From the NCBI GenBank assembly GCA_016212795.1, contig JACRDT010000046.1, forward strand, positions 7,486 to 71,485: 64,000 nt of DNA, written 5' to 3'. The position numbers were made by a program, and so were the translations under genes. Of this stretch, positions 6,963 through 15,694 are shown piece after piece. A model generated the notes under the pieces. It had not been told where the DNA came from, made no database searches, and worked only from the letters and a program-made list of their open reading frames with translations. Source of the stretch: Elusimicrobiota bacterium. Lineage in GTDB: Bacteria; Elusimicrobiota; Elusimicrobia; UBA1565; UBA9628. Every line of letters begins with the position of its first letter. The stretch's first letter is position 1.

Positions 6963-9500
6963 TTTCTTTCCCGGGCCGAACGGCCTGGTCCACAGGACGA
7001 GGGCCGGGAGCAGGGTCTGGGAGGAGACGAAGGCGATGACCATGGCCACGCCGATGAGCAGGCCGAAGAGGACCGTCGGGACGAACTTGGACAGGGCCAG
7101 GATGCCGAAGCCCACCGTGATGGTCAGGCAGGTGTAGAAGATCGGGTTGCCGATGGTCAGGTGGCAGTAATGCATGGCGCGGTTGTAGTCCCCGTCCCGC
7201 CGGATCTCCTGCTCGAAGCGGTAGAGGTATTGGATGGTGTTGTTGACCGCGATGCCCATGGCCACGGCCACGATGGTGATGGTCATGACGTCGAGGGAGA
7301 TGCCCCCCAGCCCCATCACCCCCAGGACGGTCAGGGAGGCCAGCGCCTGGGGCAGCAGGGCGACCAGGGAGATCGTGATGGAGCGGAACAGCACCAGGAG
7401 CATCGCGAAGAGCACCAGCAGGGAGAAGCCGATGCTCTTGATCTGCGAGGTGTAGAGGCTCTGGAGCAGGTTGTTGTAGAGGAGCAGGAGGCCGCTCACC
7501 CGGAACTGCTCCGGCTTGAGCCCCACCTTGGCGACCAGCTCGCCGCGGACGCGCTTGATGAACTCGGACCGGCGCAGGGCGGGGCTGGAGTCCTTGATGC
7601 GGGCCGTGATGCGCGCCTCCCCGTTCTCGATGGACACGTAGGGCGTGATCAGGAGGCCCCGGAACTGGTCGGCGACCGACTGGTAGAGGAGGGCCAGGCT
7701 CATGTCGTCGAGCGGCGCGCCGCCGTTGAGCTGGACGGCCATCTTCTTGAGCGTGGCCAACGACAGCACCTTGCCCGTCTCGGGAAGCCCCTCGAGGTAG
7801 TCGTGGACCTTCTCGACGGTGGAGATCCGCTCGGCCGTGTACCAGTACTTGGCCGCGTCCCCCGAGTCCTCGCCGAACTCCGAGAACTCGGCGAAGTCCT
7901 TGTCCGCGTCCGCGGCCGCCGGCTTCTTCTCCCCCGCCGCGGCCTTGGGGGAGCCCAACTGCAGGATGATCTCGATGGGCGTGGTCCCGCCCAGCGACTC
8001 GTCGATGAACTTCATCCCCCTGTAGATGTCCGTGTCCTTGCGAAAATAGTCGACGAAGCTGTTCTCGACCTGCAGCCGGTAGATCCCCACGGCCGTCCCG
8101 ACCGCCACGACCGCGGTGGCGAGGTAGATGACCGGCGTGTGGTTGACCGTGAAGCGCGCGAAGTAGAACGTCAGGGGGGCGCCCCACTCGGACGCCTCCT
8201 TGGCCCCGGGCCGCGGGAACAGGACCATCACGGCGGGCACGAGCCAGTAGATGAGGACCATGGAGACGACCACGCCCAGGGTCATGATCCAGCCGAACTG
8301 CACCACCGGGAGGATGTCGCAGAAGATCAGGGACTCGAAGCCCACGATGGTGGTCAGCTTCATGTAGAAGGCGGGGATGAAGGCCTCCCGCACCCCCTCC
8401 AGGACGAGGTCGTGGTTGCTCCCCTGGGGCTTGGCCCAGAGCACCTCGCGGTAGCGGGAGATGATGTAGATGGCCAGCTCCATGCTCAAGATGAGCTGGA
8501 GGGTGACGAAGTTGGCGGAGACCACGGTCACGTCCCAGTGGAACAAGCCCATGCCCGCCATCGTGAGGACCACCGACAAGACGCAAGCGCCCAGGGGGAG
8601 CAGCACCCAGCGGATGTGGCCGTAGATCACGAACAGCGTGACCGCGATGAAGAGCATGATGGCCGTGCCGAAGATGGCGATGTCGCTGCGGATGAAGCCC
8701 ATGATGTCGTCGATGATCATGGGGATGCCCCCGAGGAAGAACCGCGCCTCGGCGCCGTAGCGGCCGATGATGCCCCGGATCTCGGCGAGCTGGCGGTGGC
8801 GCTGGACGGCGACCTTGTCCTTGTAATGGCGGTAGCGGTCCTCCAGGCCCCCTAGCTCGGCCCGCTCGGCCGCGGCGATGGTCTTGCGGTAGTCTTTTTC
8901 CCGAAGCAGGGCGCGCCGCGCCACCAGCTCGCGGTCGGCCGCCTCGACGCGGAAATTGACCTGCATGGCCGTGGCCTTCTGGTCCGCGCTCACCAGCTGG
9001 TGCTGGTAGATCGGGCTGCTCCGGAACTCCTCGATGGCGTATCGAAGCTCCGCCTTCGGGGACTCCAAGGTCTTCATGTTGTCCTTGAGGTCCTTCAAGG
9101 GGCCCGGCGGGTTGCGCAGGAGCGGCACGTCCAGGACGGTGATGACGGAGGAGACCCCGGGGACCTTCCCGATCTCGTCGCGGACCTTCCTGAGCCGGTC
9201 GAGGGCGGGCTTGGCGAAGATGCCCTCCGGCGGCTGGTAGGCCACGACCACGAAGTCGCTGTTGTCGTAGCGCCCGCTGATGGCGCGGGAGAACTGCACG
9301 TCGTCGTCGTGCTCCAGCACCAGGGAGTCGCCCGAGGCGTCCGCGCGGAAGTCCTTGAGCCCCCAGCAGGAGAGGAGGCAGACCGCGCCCAGGACTCCGA
9401 GGGAGGCGCGAGGGCTGCGCAGCACGGCGCGGTCGTAGAGCTCCCACGCCCGGTCCGCCACGCGCCCCCAGAGCGCCCGGAGGTCCAGCTTCGCGCTCAC
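6960..9500 (-). CDS. RND-superfamily MMPL-type exporter (HpnN-like)
   Basis: 846-aa polytopic protein with two 6-TM bundles and two large periplasmic loops, typical of MMPL/HpnN exporters. Its GTG start lies 1 nt after the stop of the MlaC-like gene. Confidence 0.8.
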   Translation of the reverse strand: MSAKLDLRALWGRVADRAWELYDRAVLRSPRASLGVLGAVCLLSCWGLKDFRADASGDSLVLEHDDDVQFSRAISGRYDNSDFVVVAYQPPEGIFAKPALDRLRKVRDEIGKVPGVSSVITVLDVPLLRNPPGPLKDLKDNMKTLESPKAELRYAIEEFRSSPIYQHQLVSADQKATAMQVNFRVEAADRELVARRALLREKDYRKTIAAAERAELGGLEDRYRHYKDKVAVQRHRQLAEIRGIIGRYGAEARFFLGGIPMIIDDIMGFIRSDIAIFGTAIMLFIAVTLFVIYGHIRWVLLPLGACVLSVVLTMAGMGLFHWDVTVVSANFVTLQLILSMELAIYIISRYREVLWAKPQGSNHDLVLEGVREAFIPAFYMKLTTIVGFESLIFCDILPVVQFGWIMTLGVVVSMVLIYWLVPAVMVLFPRPGAKEASEWGAPLTFYFARFTVNHTPVIYLATAVVAVGTAVGIYRLQVENSFVDYFRKDTDIYRGMKFIDESLGGTTPIEIILQLGSPKAAAGEKKPAAADADKDFAEFSEFGEDSGDAAKYWYTAERISTVEKVHDYLEGLPETGKVLSLATLKKMAVQLNGGAPLDDMSLALLYQSVADQFRGLLITPYVSIENGEARITARIKDSSPALRRSEFIKRVRGELVAKVGLKPEQFRVSGLLLLYNNLLQSLYTSQIKSIGFSLLVLFAMLLVLFRSITISLVALLPQALASLTVLGVMGLGGISLDVMTITIVAVAMGIAVNNTIQYLYRFEQEIRRDGDYNRAMHYCHLTIGNPIFYTCLTITVGFGILALSKFVPTVLFGLLIGVAMVIAFVSSQTLLPALVLWTRPFGPGKK

Positions 9501-9501
9501 C

Positions 9502-10146
9502 CTACTTCTTGTCCTTGGACTTCCCCACGTTCTTGAGGTCGTCCGGGGTCGCCATGCCCTTCGACTTCATCTTCGCCAGCAGGTCCTTGGGCGAGCCCTT
9601 CTGGAGCACCTGGTCGTACTGGGCCCCGTAGGTCCTGATGAGGCTGACGCCCTCGATCTCCAGGTCGTAGATCTTCCAGGACGACCCGGCCCGGTAGAGC
9701 TTGAAGAAGACCTTGTAGCGCTGCCCCTTGGAGAGGATGTGCATCAGCATCCGGACCTTCCCCTTCTCCGCCGGAGCGGCGGGGTCGAAGGTCACGGTCT
9801 CGTTGGTGTAGATCTCGACTTTCTCGAAGCAGGAGTCGCGGACCGTCCGGCTGAACGAGTCGGTGTACTCCTTGCGCTGGTCCTCGTCGAATTTCGGCCA
9901 ATGCGACGTCCCCAACGCGAGCTTGCCCATCAGCGCGAAATCGGTCACGGGGTCCACGATGGCGAAGATCTTCCGCCGGCGCGCCTCGCGGTCGTTGGCC
10001 TTGTCCTTGAGAACGTCGATGATGGAGTTGACGGTCCTCTCGACGACCGACTTGACCGCCTCCCTGGCCTCCCCGGCCGGCTCCTGAGCCCCGGCGCGCA
10101 GGCCCAGCGTCAGGATCGCCGCGGCGAACACGATGGTCTTCCTCAT
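9502..10146 (-). CDS. MlaC/Ttg2D-family periplasmic lipid-binding protein
   Basis: 214 aa with a signal peptide MRKTIVFAAAILTLGLRAGA. The family-typical C-terminus is ..WKIYDLEIEGVSLIRTYGAQYDQVL. Confidence 0.8.
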   Translation of the reverse strand: MRKTIVFAAAILTLGLRAGAQEPAGEAREAVKSVVERTVNSIIDVLKDKANDREARRRKIFAIVDPVTDFALMGKLALGTSHWPKFDEDQRKEYTDSFSRTVRDSCFEKVEIYTNETVTFDPAAPAEKGKVRMLMHILSKGQRYKVFFKLYRAGSSWKIYDLEIEGVSLIRTYGAQYDQVLQKGSPKDLLAKMKSKGMATPDDLKNVGKSKDKK

Positions 10147-10152
10147 GTCAGG

Positions 10153-10974
10153 TCACTCCTTGATCCGCGCGTCGCGGTTCTGTTTGTAGGTATCCCGGAT
10201 GAGCGTGTAGGGGTCCAGGGCGTCCAGCTTGAGTTTCTCGTACTCCCCGAGGCGCAGGGAGATGTCGTTGAAGTACCCGCCGGCGGTGATGGGGACGGAG
10301 ATGTCCCACTCGACGATGTAGTACGGCGGGCTCAGCAGCGAGCCCGGGACCAGCCCGACGAAGTCGCGCAGGTTCGAGGGCCCCAGGAAGGGCAGCGTGA
10401 TCGGGAAGCCGTCGCCGAGCCCCCATTTCCCGAAGGTCTGCCCGAAGTCCGCCTTGGTGGGCTTCATGTCCAGCCAGGCCTCGGCCGGGTCGAGGAGGCC
10501 GCCCACGCCCAAGGTCGAGTTCACGAGGAACCGGCCCGTCTCGGACCCGACCTTGGAGAATCTCCCCTGCAGGCCCAGGGCCACGAACCGCACCGGGAAG
10601 CCCATGTTGGTGTAGCCCCGCCTGATGGCGACGCGCAGCGGCTCGGGAAGGACGATCCCGTAGAACTGGGCCGCCGGCTTGGCGGCCCAGAAGTAGAACT
10701 TGTCGTTGAAGTGGTACATGGCCCGGTTGTACCCTCTCAGGGGGTCGAACACGGGCTTGGACTGCTCGCCCTTCTTCTCGAACTCGCCGCCGAACTGGTC
10801 GAAGTCGGCGTCGGCCTTGTCCGCGGCCGGCGCGGCGGGAGGCGCCGGCTGTTCCGCGGGAGCCGCCGCGGGCTTCTTGTCCTTCTGCGCCGCCGCGGCC
10901 CAGGAGACGCCGACGGACCCCGCGCCCAGCACCACGGCCAGCGCCAACATGCGGATCATCGATCTCGATCTCAT
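10153..10974 (-). CDS. MlaA/VacJ-family lipoprotein
   Basis: VacJ-like core DPLRGYNRAMYHFNDKFYFW..P..VAIRRGYTNMGFPVRFVALGLQG..NSTLGVGGLLDPA. Start chosen at the ATG at 10974 (MRSRSMIRMLALAVVLGAG...), which has a GGGGGA SD; the track ORF starts at 11025. Confidence 0.8.
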   Translation of the reverse strand: MRSRSMIRMLALAVVLGAGSVGVSWAAAAQKDKKPAAAPAEQPAPPAAPAADKADADFDQFGGEFEKKGEQSKPVFDPLRGYNRAMYHFNDKFYFWAAKPAAQFYGIVLPEPLRVAIRRGYTNMGFPVRFVALGLQGRFSKVGSETGRFLVNSTLGVGGLLDPAEAWLDMKPTKADFGQTFGKWGLGDGFPITLPFLGPSNLRDFVGLVPGSLLSPPYYIVEWDISVPITAGGYFNDISLRLGEYEKLKLDALDPYTLIRDTYKQNRDARIKE

Positions 10975-11091
10975 CGCCCCATCCCCCTTGTCCAGCCTCG
11001 GCTCGGCAGGCCTACCGCGCATCATAGCACATTGAGGGTTTTAGCAACTCGCCACGAGGGAATCAAGGGGAAATGATAGAATCGGACGCCT

Positions 11092-12072
11092 ATGGGATCG
11101 CTCGACACGCTGCTCAAGGGGGTCTCGAGGTCGTTCTACCTCTCCCTGCGCGTCCTGCCCTCCGAGATCCGGCCGCAGCTTTCCCTGGCCTACCTCCTCG
11201 CCCGGGCCAGCGACACGGTCGCGGACACCAAGGCCGTCCCGAAAGAGAGGCGCCTCGACCTCCTGCGCCTGATGCGCCAAGGGCGGGCCGGCGCGGTCGC
11301 CGGGCTCGCTCCCGACCAGGGCCTGCCTGCCGAGCGCGAGCTCCTGGAGAGGTTCGACGAGTGCATGCTCCTCAAGGCCTCCTTCGCCGCCCAGGACCGG
11401 GCCCTCATCGACAAGCTGCTCGGCACCATCGTCAACGGCCAGATCTTCGACCTCGAGCGGTTCCCCGGGGAGGACGGCCGCGCCATCACGGCCCTCGCCG
11501 ACGACGCCGAGCTCGACTGCTACACCTACCTCGTGGCCGGGTGCGTCGGGGAGTTCTGGACGCGGCTGTGCGCCGCGCATCTCCAGCGGCTGAGGTCCTG
11601 GGACGTCGACGCCATGTGCGCCCTGGGCGAGCGCTTCGGCAAGGGCCTTCAGCTGGTCAACGTGCTGCGCGACATCCCCCGGGACCTCAGGATCGGGCGC
11701 TGCTACCTCCCGGTCAGGGACCCCGGGGCGCTGCTGGACCCCGCCCGGCTGCCGGACGTGCGGCCGGCGTTCCTCCGGTGGCTCGACCGGGCGACCGACC
11801 ACCTCGACGCCGGCTGGCGCTACACGCTGGCCATCCCCCCCTCGCTGTGGCGGCTGAGGCTGGCCTGCGTCTGGCCCATCTGGATCGGGCTCAAGACCGT
11901 CGCGCTGCTGCGCCGCGGCAACCCGCTCGACCCGGACCGGCACGTCATGGTCCCGCAGCGGGAAACCAACCGCCTCCTGGCGCGCTCGCTGCTGACCTGC
12001 TGGAGCGATAGGCTGCTCTCCGGCGCCTACGCCCGGATCCTGGCCGAGGCCCGCGCCGGCGAGGATCGGTAA
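11092..12072 (+). CDS. Squalene/phytoene-synthase-family (SQS_PSY, HpnC/HpnD-like) enzyme
   Basis: 326 aa with the N-terminal SRSFYLSLRVLP signature. Two DxxxD motifs (SDTVAD, RDIPRD..GRCYLP) sit at the positions expected for trans-isoprenyl diphosphate synthases of the head-to-head type. Confidence 0.75.
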   Translation: MGSLDTLLKGVSRSFYLSLRVLPSEIRPQLSLAYLLARASDTVADTKAVPKERRLDLLRLMRQGRAGAVAGLAPDQGLPAERELLERFDECMLLKASFAAQDRALIDKLLGTIVNGQIFDLERFPGEDGRAITALADDAELDCYTYLVAGCVGEFWTRLCAAHLQRLRSWDVDAMCALGERFGKGLQLVNVLRDIPRDLRIGRCYLPVRDPGALLDPARLPDVRPAFLRWLDRATDHLDAGWRYTLAIPPSLWRLRLACVWPIWIGLKTVALLRRGNPLDPDRHVMVPQRETNRLLARSLLTCWSDRLLSGAYARILAEARAGEDR

Positions 12073-12075
12073 CCC

Positions 12076-14244
12076 CTACCTCGGCTCCACCCTGTAGGAG
12101 GAGAAGAAGTCGCTCGCCGCGTGAGGCTGGGCCGCCTCCCTGCTGTCCAGGATTCTGTAGACCGCGACGCACCGGTCGGGGATCTCGCAGTCTTCGAACT
12201 CCTTGAGCGCGTGGCGCCTCCAGAAGTCACGCAGGCTGCGCAGCCCGGTCTCGGACAGGTCCAGCCTGGACGCGGTCCTGAACATCTCGCCGCGGTTCTC
12301 CACGACGTATCGGATGCCGTTCCGGTGGAACAGGCCCCACAGCGCCGAGCCGTCCGCGCTCGCGTTGGCCCAGGTCTCGAGGACCGCCGGGTGGTCCACG
12401 GAGGACGCCACGGCCGGCCTGCGCAGGTGGAAGCTCCGGCTGTCGCCGAGCAGCAGGACCCGCGCGTCCGGCTCGGCGCGGGCGTTGACATACTCGAACC
12501 CGGCGTAGGGCGGCGTCGGGTAGGAGACCGCAGTATGGCCCAGGAGCGCCGCATAGGGGCGCAGGCCCAGGAGGACCTCCTGCCTCGCTTCCTGCCGGAC
12601 GTTGAGGACGACCCAGATCGCGCCGATGGACACGCCCGCCGCGCAGGACCAGGCGACCAGGGGCCCGCGCAGCCAGGGAGCCTCGCCCCTCGACAGGGCC
12701 GCGGCGAGCAGCACGCTCAACGCCGCCAGCAGCGGGATGAAGAACCGCGTGAGCGGCGACAGAAGCCACAGCATGACCCACGCGGCCAGGCAGAACCAGG
12801 CCAGGAGGCGCTCCTGGCGCGGCGCGGGCGCCAGGACCAGGAGGGGAAGCAGGGACAGGTAGAGCGGGCCCGTCGACTGGTTGAGTTCCATGACCGGCCT
12901 CAGAAAGTGCCACGGGTGCAGCAAGAAGCCCTTGAGCCCCTCCCATGAGACGACCATGCCAAGCCGGGCGCCCGGGTCGGCGATCTGCCTCCAATCGGGG
13001 AGGACCCCCGCCCCAGACCCGAAGAGGCTCGAGAAGAACGGGTAGGCCGGATTACCGTAGAAGAGGACGTTCCTGGCCACCCACGGCGCGACCACGGCCG
13101 CGGCCACGGCCAGCGCCACGCCGGCTTCCCTCGCATCCGGCAGGCCGAGCCTCGGCCCGGCCCCTCGCCGGCCGGCCCAGCGAGCGCAAACCAGCGCGCC
13201 CAGGAACGCCGGCGGCATGACCCACGCCAGGTACTTCGTCGCCATGGCCAAGCCCAGGAAGACGCCGCAGACCACCAGCCAGCCCCTCCTCTCCCCGCTC
13301 CCCGCCGGGCTGCCCGGCACGGCGAGGAACGCGGCGAGGAAGAGCAGCTGGAACAGCGCCCACTCCATGCCGACCGAGACCTGGAAGCTCTCCGCGATGA
13401 CCACGGGCGCCAGGCTGAACATGGCGCAGGCCGGCGCCCCCGCCTCCCGGACGCCCAGCCGGCGGGCCAGCCCCAGCATCGCGCAGGCGACCCACAGCAG
13501 CATGCTGTGGTGCAGCATCGACGCCGATATCCCCCAGGAGTCGTACGCCAGCGTCAGCCCGTAGAGCATCTGGGGCAGGGCGGGGATGCCAGCGTAGGAG
13601 TTCTCCGGAACGGGCAGGATGCGGTGCTCGAGCAGGTATCGGGCGGGGAGCGCAAGATGGCAGACCAACGCGTCGTAGAACGTCTCAGGCACCATCGCGT
13701 ACCTGAGGCAGTGGAGCCAAATCCCCCAGAAGGACGCCGCCGACAGGACCGTCAGGACGGCGGGCCGGGCACGCCGCAGGCTTCCTCTGAACTCGGCCAC
13801 GAGCCCCCGGGCGCAAGCCGCCGCCGGGACGAACAGGAGCGCGGCGCACCCGGCCAGCAGCCACCGGCGCCACAAGCCGGCCATGCCCAGGAGAAACAGA
13901 GCCGAGCCCCACGCGCCGTAGCCGAGGCCGAAGCTGAACGCCAGGCCTTCCCAGGGGTTGTGCGGCTTCCATGAGAGCCTGCCGAGCAGCCAGCGGCCGG
14001 TGCCGGCCAGCAGCGCCGACAGCCCCAGCAAGCCGGCCAGCCGAGCCGCATGGCGCAGCAAGGCCTCGGGGAGGAACGCCCAGGACGAGAACCTCCAGGA
14101 CGCGAGATAGCCGCCCAAGGAGACGTCCGCGAGCACCTGCCAGGTGACGACCACGCCCCAGCAGACCAGCGCGCCCGTCAGCGCCGCGCGGGAGACCACC
14201 CCTGTCCAGCACCGGCTCCACCGGCCCATGCGCCATGATACCAT
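12076..14244 (-). CDS. Large polytopic membrane protein, possibly a GT-C-fold (ArnT/PMT-like) glycosyltransferase with a C-terminal soluble domain
   Basis: About 720 aa with more than 10 hydrophobic segments, then a ~170-aa soluble tail. The assignment rests on architecture only. The start is uncertain (TTG 14277, ATG 14244 or ATG 14229). Confidence 0.55.
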   Translation of the reverse strand: MVSWRMGRWSRCWTGVVSRAALTGALVCWGVVVTWQVLADVSLGGYLASWRFSSWAFLPEALLRHAARLAGLLGLSALLAGTGRWLLGRLSWKPHNPWEGLAFSFGLGYGAWGSALFLLGMAGLWRRWLLAGCAALLFVPAAACARGLVAEFRGSLRRARPAVLTVLSAASFWGIWLHCLRYAMVPETFYDALVCHLALPARYLLEHRILPVPENSYAGIPALPQMLYGLTLAYDSWGISASMLHHSMLLWVACAMLGLARRLGVREAGAPACAMFSLAPVVIAESFQVSVGMEWALFQLLFLAAFLAVPGSPAGSGERRGWLVVCGVFLGLAMATKYLAWVMPPAFLGALVCARWAGRRGAGPRLGLPDAREAGVALAVAAAVVAPWVARNVLFYGNPAYPFFSSLFGSGAGVLPDWRQIADPGARLGMVVSWEGLKGFLLHPWHFLRPVMELNQSTGPLYLSLLPLLVLAPAPRQERLLAWFCLAAWVMLWLLSPLTRFFIPLLAALSVLLAAALSRGEAPWLRGPLVAWSCAAGVSIGAIWVVLNVRQEARQEVLLGLRPYAALLGHTAVSYPTPPYAGFEYVNARAEPDARVLLLGDSRSFHLRRPAVASSVDHPAVLETWANASADGSALWGLFHRNGIRYVVENRGEMFRTASRLDLSETGLRSLRDFWRRHALKEFEDCEIPDRCVAVYRILDSREAAQPHAASDFFSSYRVEPR

Positions 14245-14322
14245 GGCGGGAGACCCCTGGGTAAGAGCGCCTAACAAGACCTAGGCGGGAGCCATGTGGC
14301 CGAGGAGCGCGGGGCAATGGAA

Positions 14323-14415
14323 CTACTTGCGGACTTCGAACTCCCGGACCAGGGCCTCGAACTTCGCGCTATTCTCCGCGTGCTTCCGGTCCACGGCCCG
14401 ACAGCGCTTCGCCAT
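14323..14415 (-). CDS. Candidate 30-aa protein downstream of the NYN/membrane pair
   Basis: ATG ORF MAKRCRAVDRKHAENSAKFEALVREFEVRK starting 10 nt after the upstream stop. Third codon positions are almost all G/C. The SD is weak and no family was recognised. Confidence 0.25.
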   Translation of the reverse strand: MAKRCRAVDRKHAENSAKFEALVREFEVRK

Positions 14416-14425
14416 CTCGGCGCTC

Positions 14426-14896
14426 TTAGGGTCTGAACTTCTGTTCCAGGCGCCGCTGCAGACGGTAGATCCCGCGATAGAGCGAGATCGTCACCTGGAC
14501 CGAGGAAAAGAGCGCCCCGGGCAGCGCCTCGACGTAGTCCTGCGCCATGAAGGACCCCGTCCCCGAATCCACGCCCAGGGCCATCGTGAGCGGCGCGAAG
14601 AGGATGAAGCGGTAGGTGGAGATCAGGCAGGCCACGTTCTCCACCACCGCGGTCACCTCCGCCGCCGGCAGGCCGCGCCAGAAGCCGGCGCCGATCAGGG
14701 CCTCCGCCGCGTAGAACCCGACCCGGCCCTCCACCGACGGGCCGACCAGGGCCCGCGCCCTCAGCCCCGGCCAGCAATAGGTCTCGAGCAGGAACCACAG
14801 GGGCGCCAGGTAGTAGTAGCCCTTGATGAGCTTGCCGGCCGCCTTGGACAGCTCGGACTCGGCCTCCGCCGCCGGGCGCTCGAAACGAGGGTCCAT
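14426..14896 (-). CDS. Small integral membrane protein (about 4 TM), unknown family
   Basis: 156 aa from the ATG at 14896 (MDPRFERP...), inside track ORF 14426..15268. The start overlaps the stop of the upstream NYN gene (TGATG). Hydrophobic segments include YYYLAPLWFLLETYCW, GFYAAEALIGAGFW, VACLISTYRFILFAPLTMAL. Confidence 0.6.
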   Translation of the reverse strand: MDPRFERPAAEAESELSKAAGKLIKGYYYLAPLWFLLETYCWPGLRARALVGPSVEGRVGFYAAEALIGAGFWRGLPAAEVTAVVENVACLISTYRFILFAPLTMALGVDSGTGSFMAQDYVEALPGALFSSVQVTISLYRGIYRLQRRLEQKFRP

Positions 14897-15594
14897 CAGA
14901 GCCGGTACTTCACCTGCCCTTCCTCGATGTAGACGAGGCCGGTGCGCAGGAGCTTCTCCAGCAGGCCCTTGGCCGGCGGCGCGGTCTTGCCGGCGCCGTG
15001 CTGGCTCTCGAGATAGTTGTAGAGCGACCGCTTGTTCGACGGCCGCTTGTCTGCGGCCATGCCGCCGAGGGCGGACAGGATCTCGCCCTCGATGCCGGCC
15101 TCCGCCGGGACCGGCTTGGCCGCCGCCGGCTGGCCGGACCTCGACGCCCGCGGCCGCCGGGACGATCCCCGGCCCCGCCGGGGCTCGGGCTTGGACTCCG
15201 TCTTGGGCTCGGCCTTGGCCTCGGCCCGGACCGCCACGGCCCTGCCGAGGTTGTCCGTCCGGCGGCACTCGCGGCCGTGCTCGACGATGTAGCGGATGAG
15301 GGCGTCATAGCCCTTGTCGCGAGAGAGCACCACGAACCCGATGGCGCGGTCGGCCTCGGTGTCCATCTTGCCGAGCATGTAGCTCAGATGGAAGTCGAGG
15401 TTGTTCTTGCCCTCGCCCCCGATCTTGACCCACTCGACCTTGGAGCCGAGGCTCTGCAGCCGCAGGACCAGCTCGAAGTCGAGCTTGTTCTGGCTCCTTC
15501 CCACGAAGATCAGGATCTTGTCGAAGGTGCCTCCGTCCTCCTCGAGTTTGACCTTCTGCGTGTTCTCGAAGTCGATGAATAGATACTGCGTCAC
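14896..15594 (-). CDS. NYN/LabA-like (PIN-fold) domain protein with a basic linker and a C-terminal winged-helix-like domain
   Basis: The N-terminus YLFIDFEN ... VVLSRDKGYDALI matches the NYN pattern (FIDxxN ... SxDxDF/Y). GTG start with a strong SD (AAGGAGGAG, 6-nt spacing). A TATAAT (15694-15699) lies ~95 nt upstream. Confidence 0.65.
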   Translation of the reverse strand: MTQYLFIDFENTQKVKLEEDGGTFDKILIFVGRSQNKLDFELVLRLQSLGSKVEWVKIGGEGKNNLDFHLSYMLGKMDTEADRAIGFVVLSRDKGYDALIRYIVEHGRECRRTDNLGRAVAVRAEAKAEPKTESKPEPRRGRGSSRRPRASRSGQPAAAKPVPAEAGIEGEILSALGGMAADKRPSNKRSLYNYLESQHGAGKTAPPAKGLLEKLLRTGLVYIEEGQVKYRL

Positions 15595-15694
15595 TTATGT
15601 CTCCTCCTTGGAAATGCGTCTCGTTGATTGAAACCGTCTAACAGGAACCGCCTTGCAGTGAATAGGTTGGCTTGCAGACAGAATGCTGAGTCCA

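Noticed and set aside
6877-9447. 856-aa minus-strand ORF overlapping the MMPL gene in another frame
   Set aside because: The alternative frame 6960..9500 gives a coherent polytopic MMPL protein. This frame gives Arg/Pro/Gly-rich low complexity.
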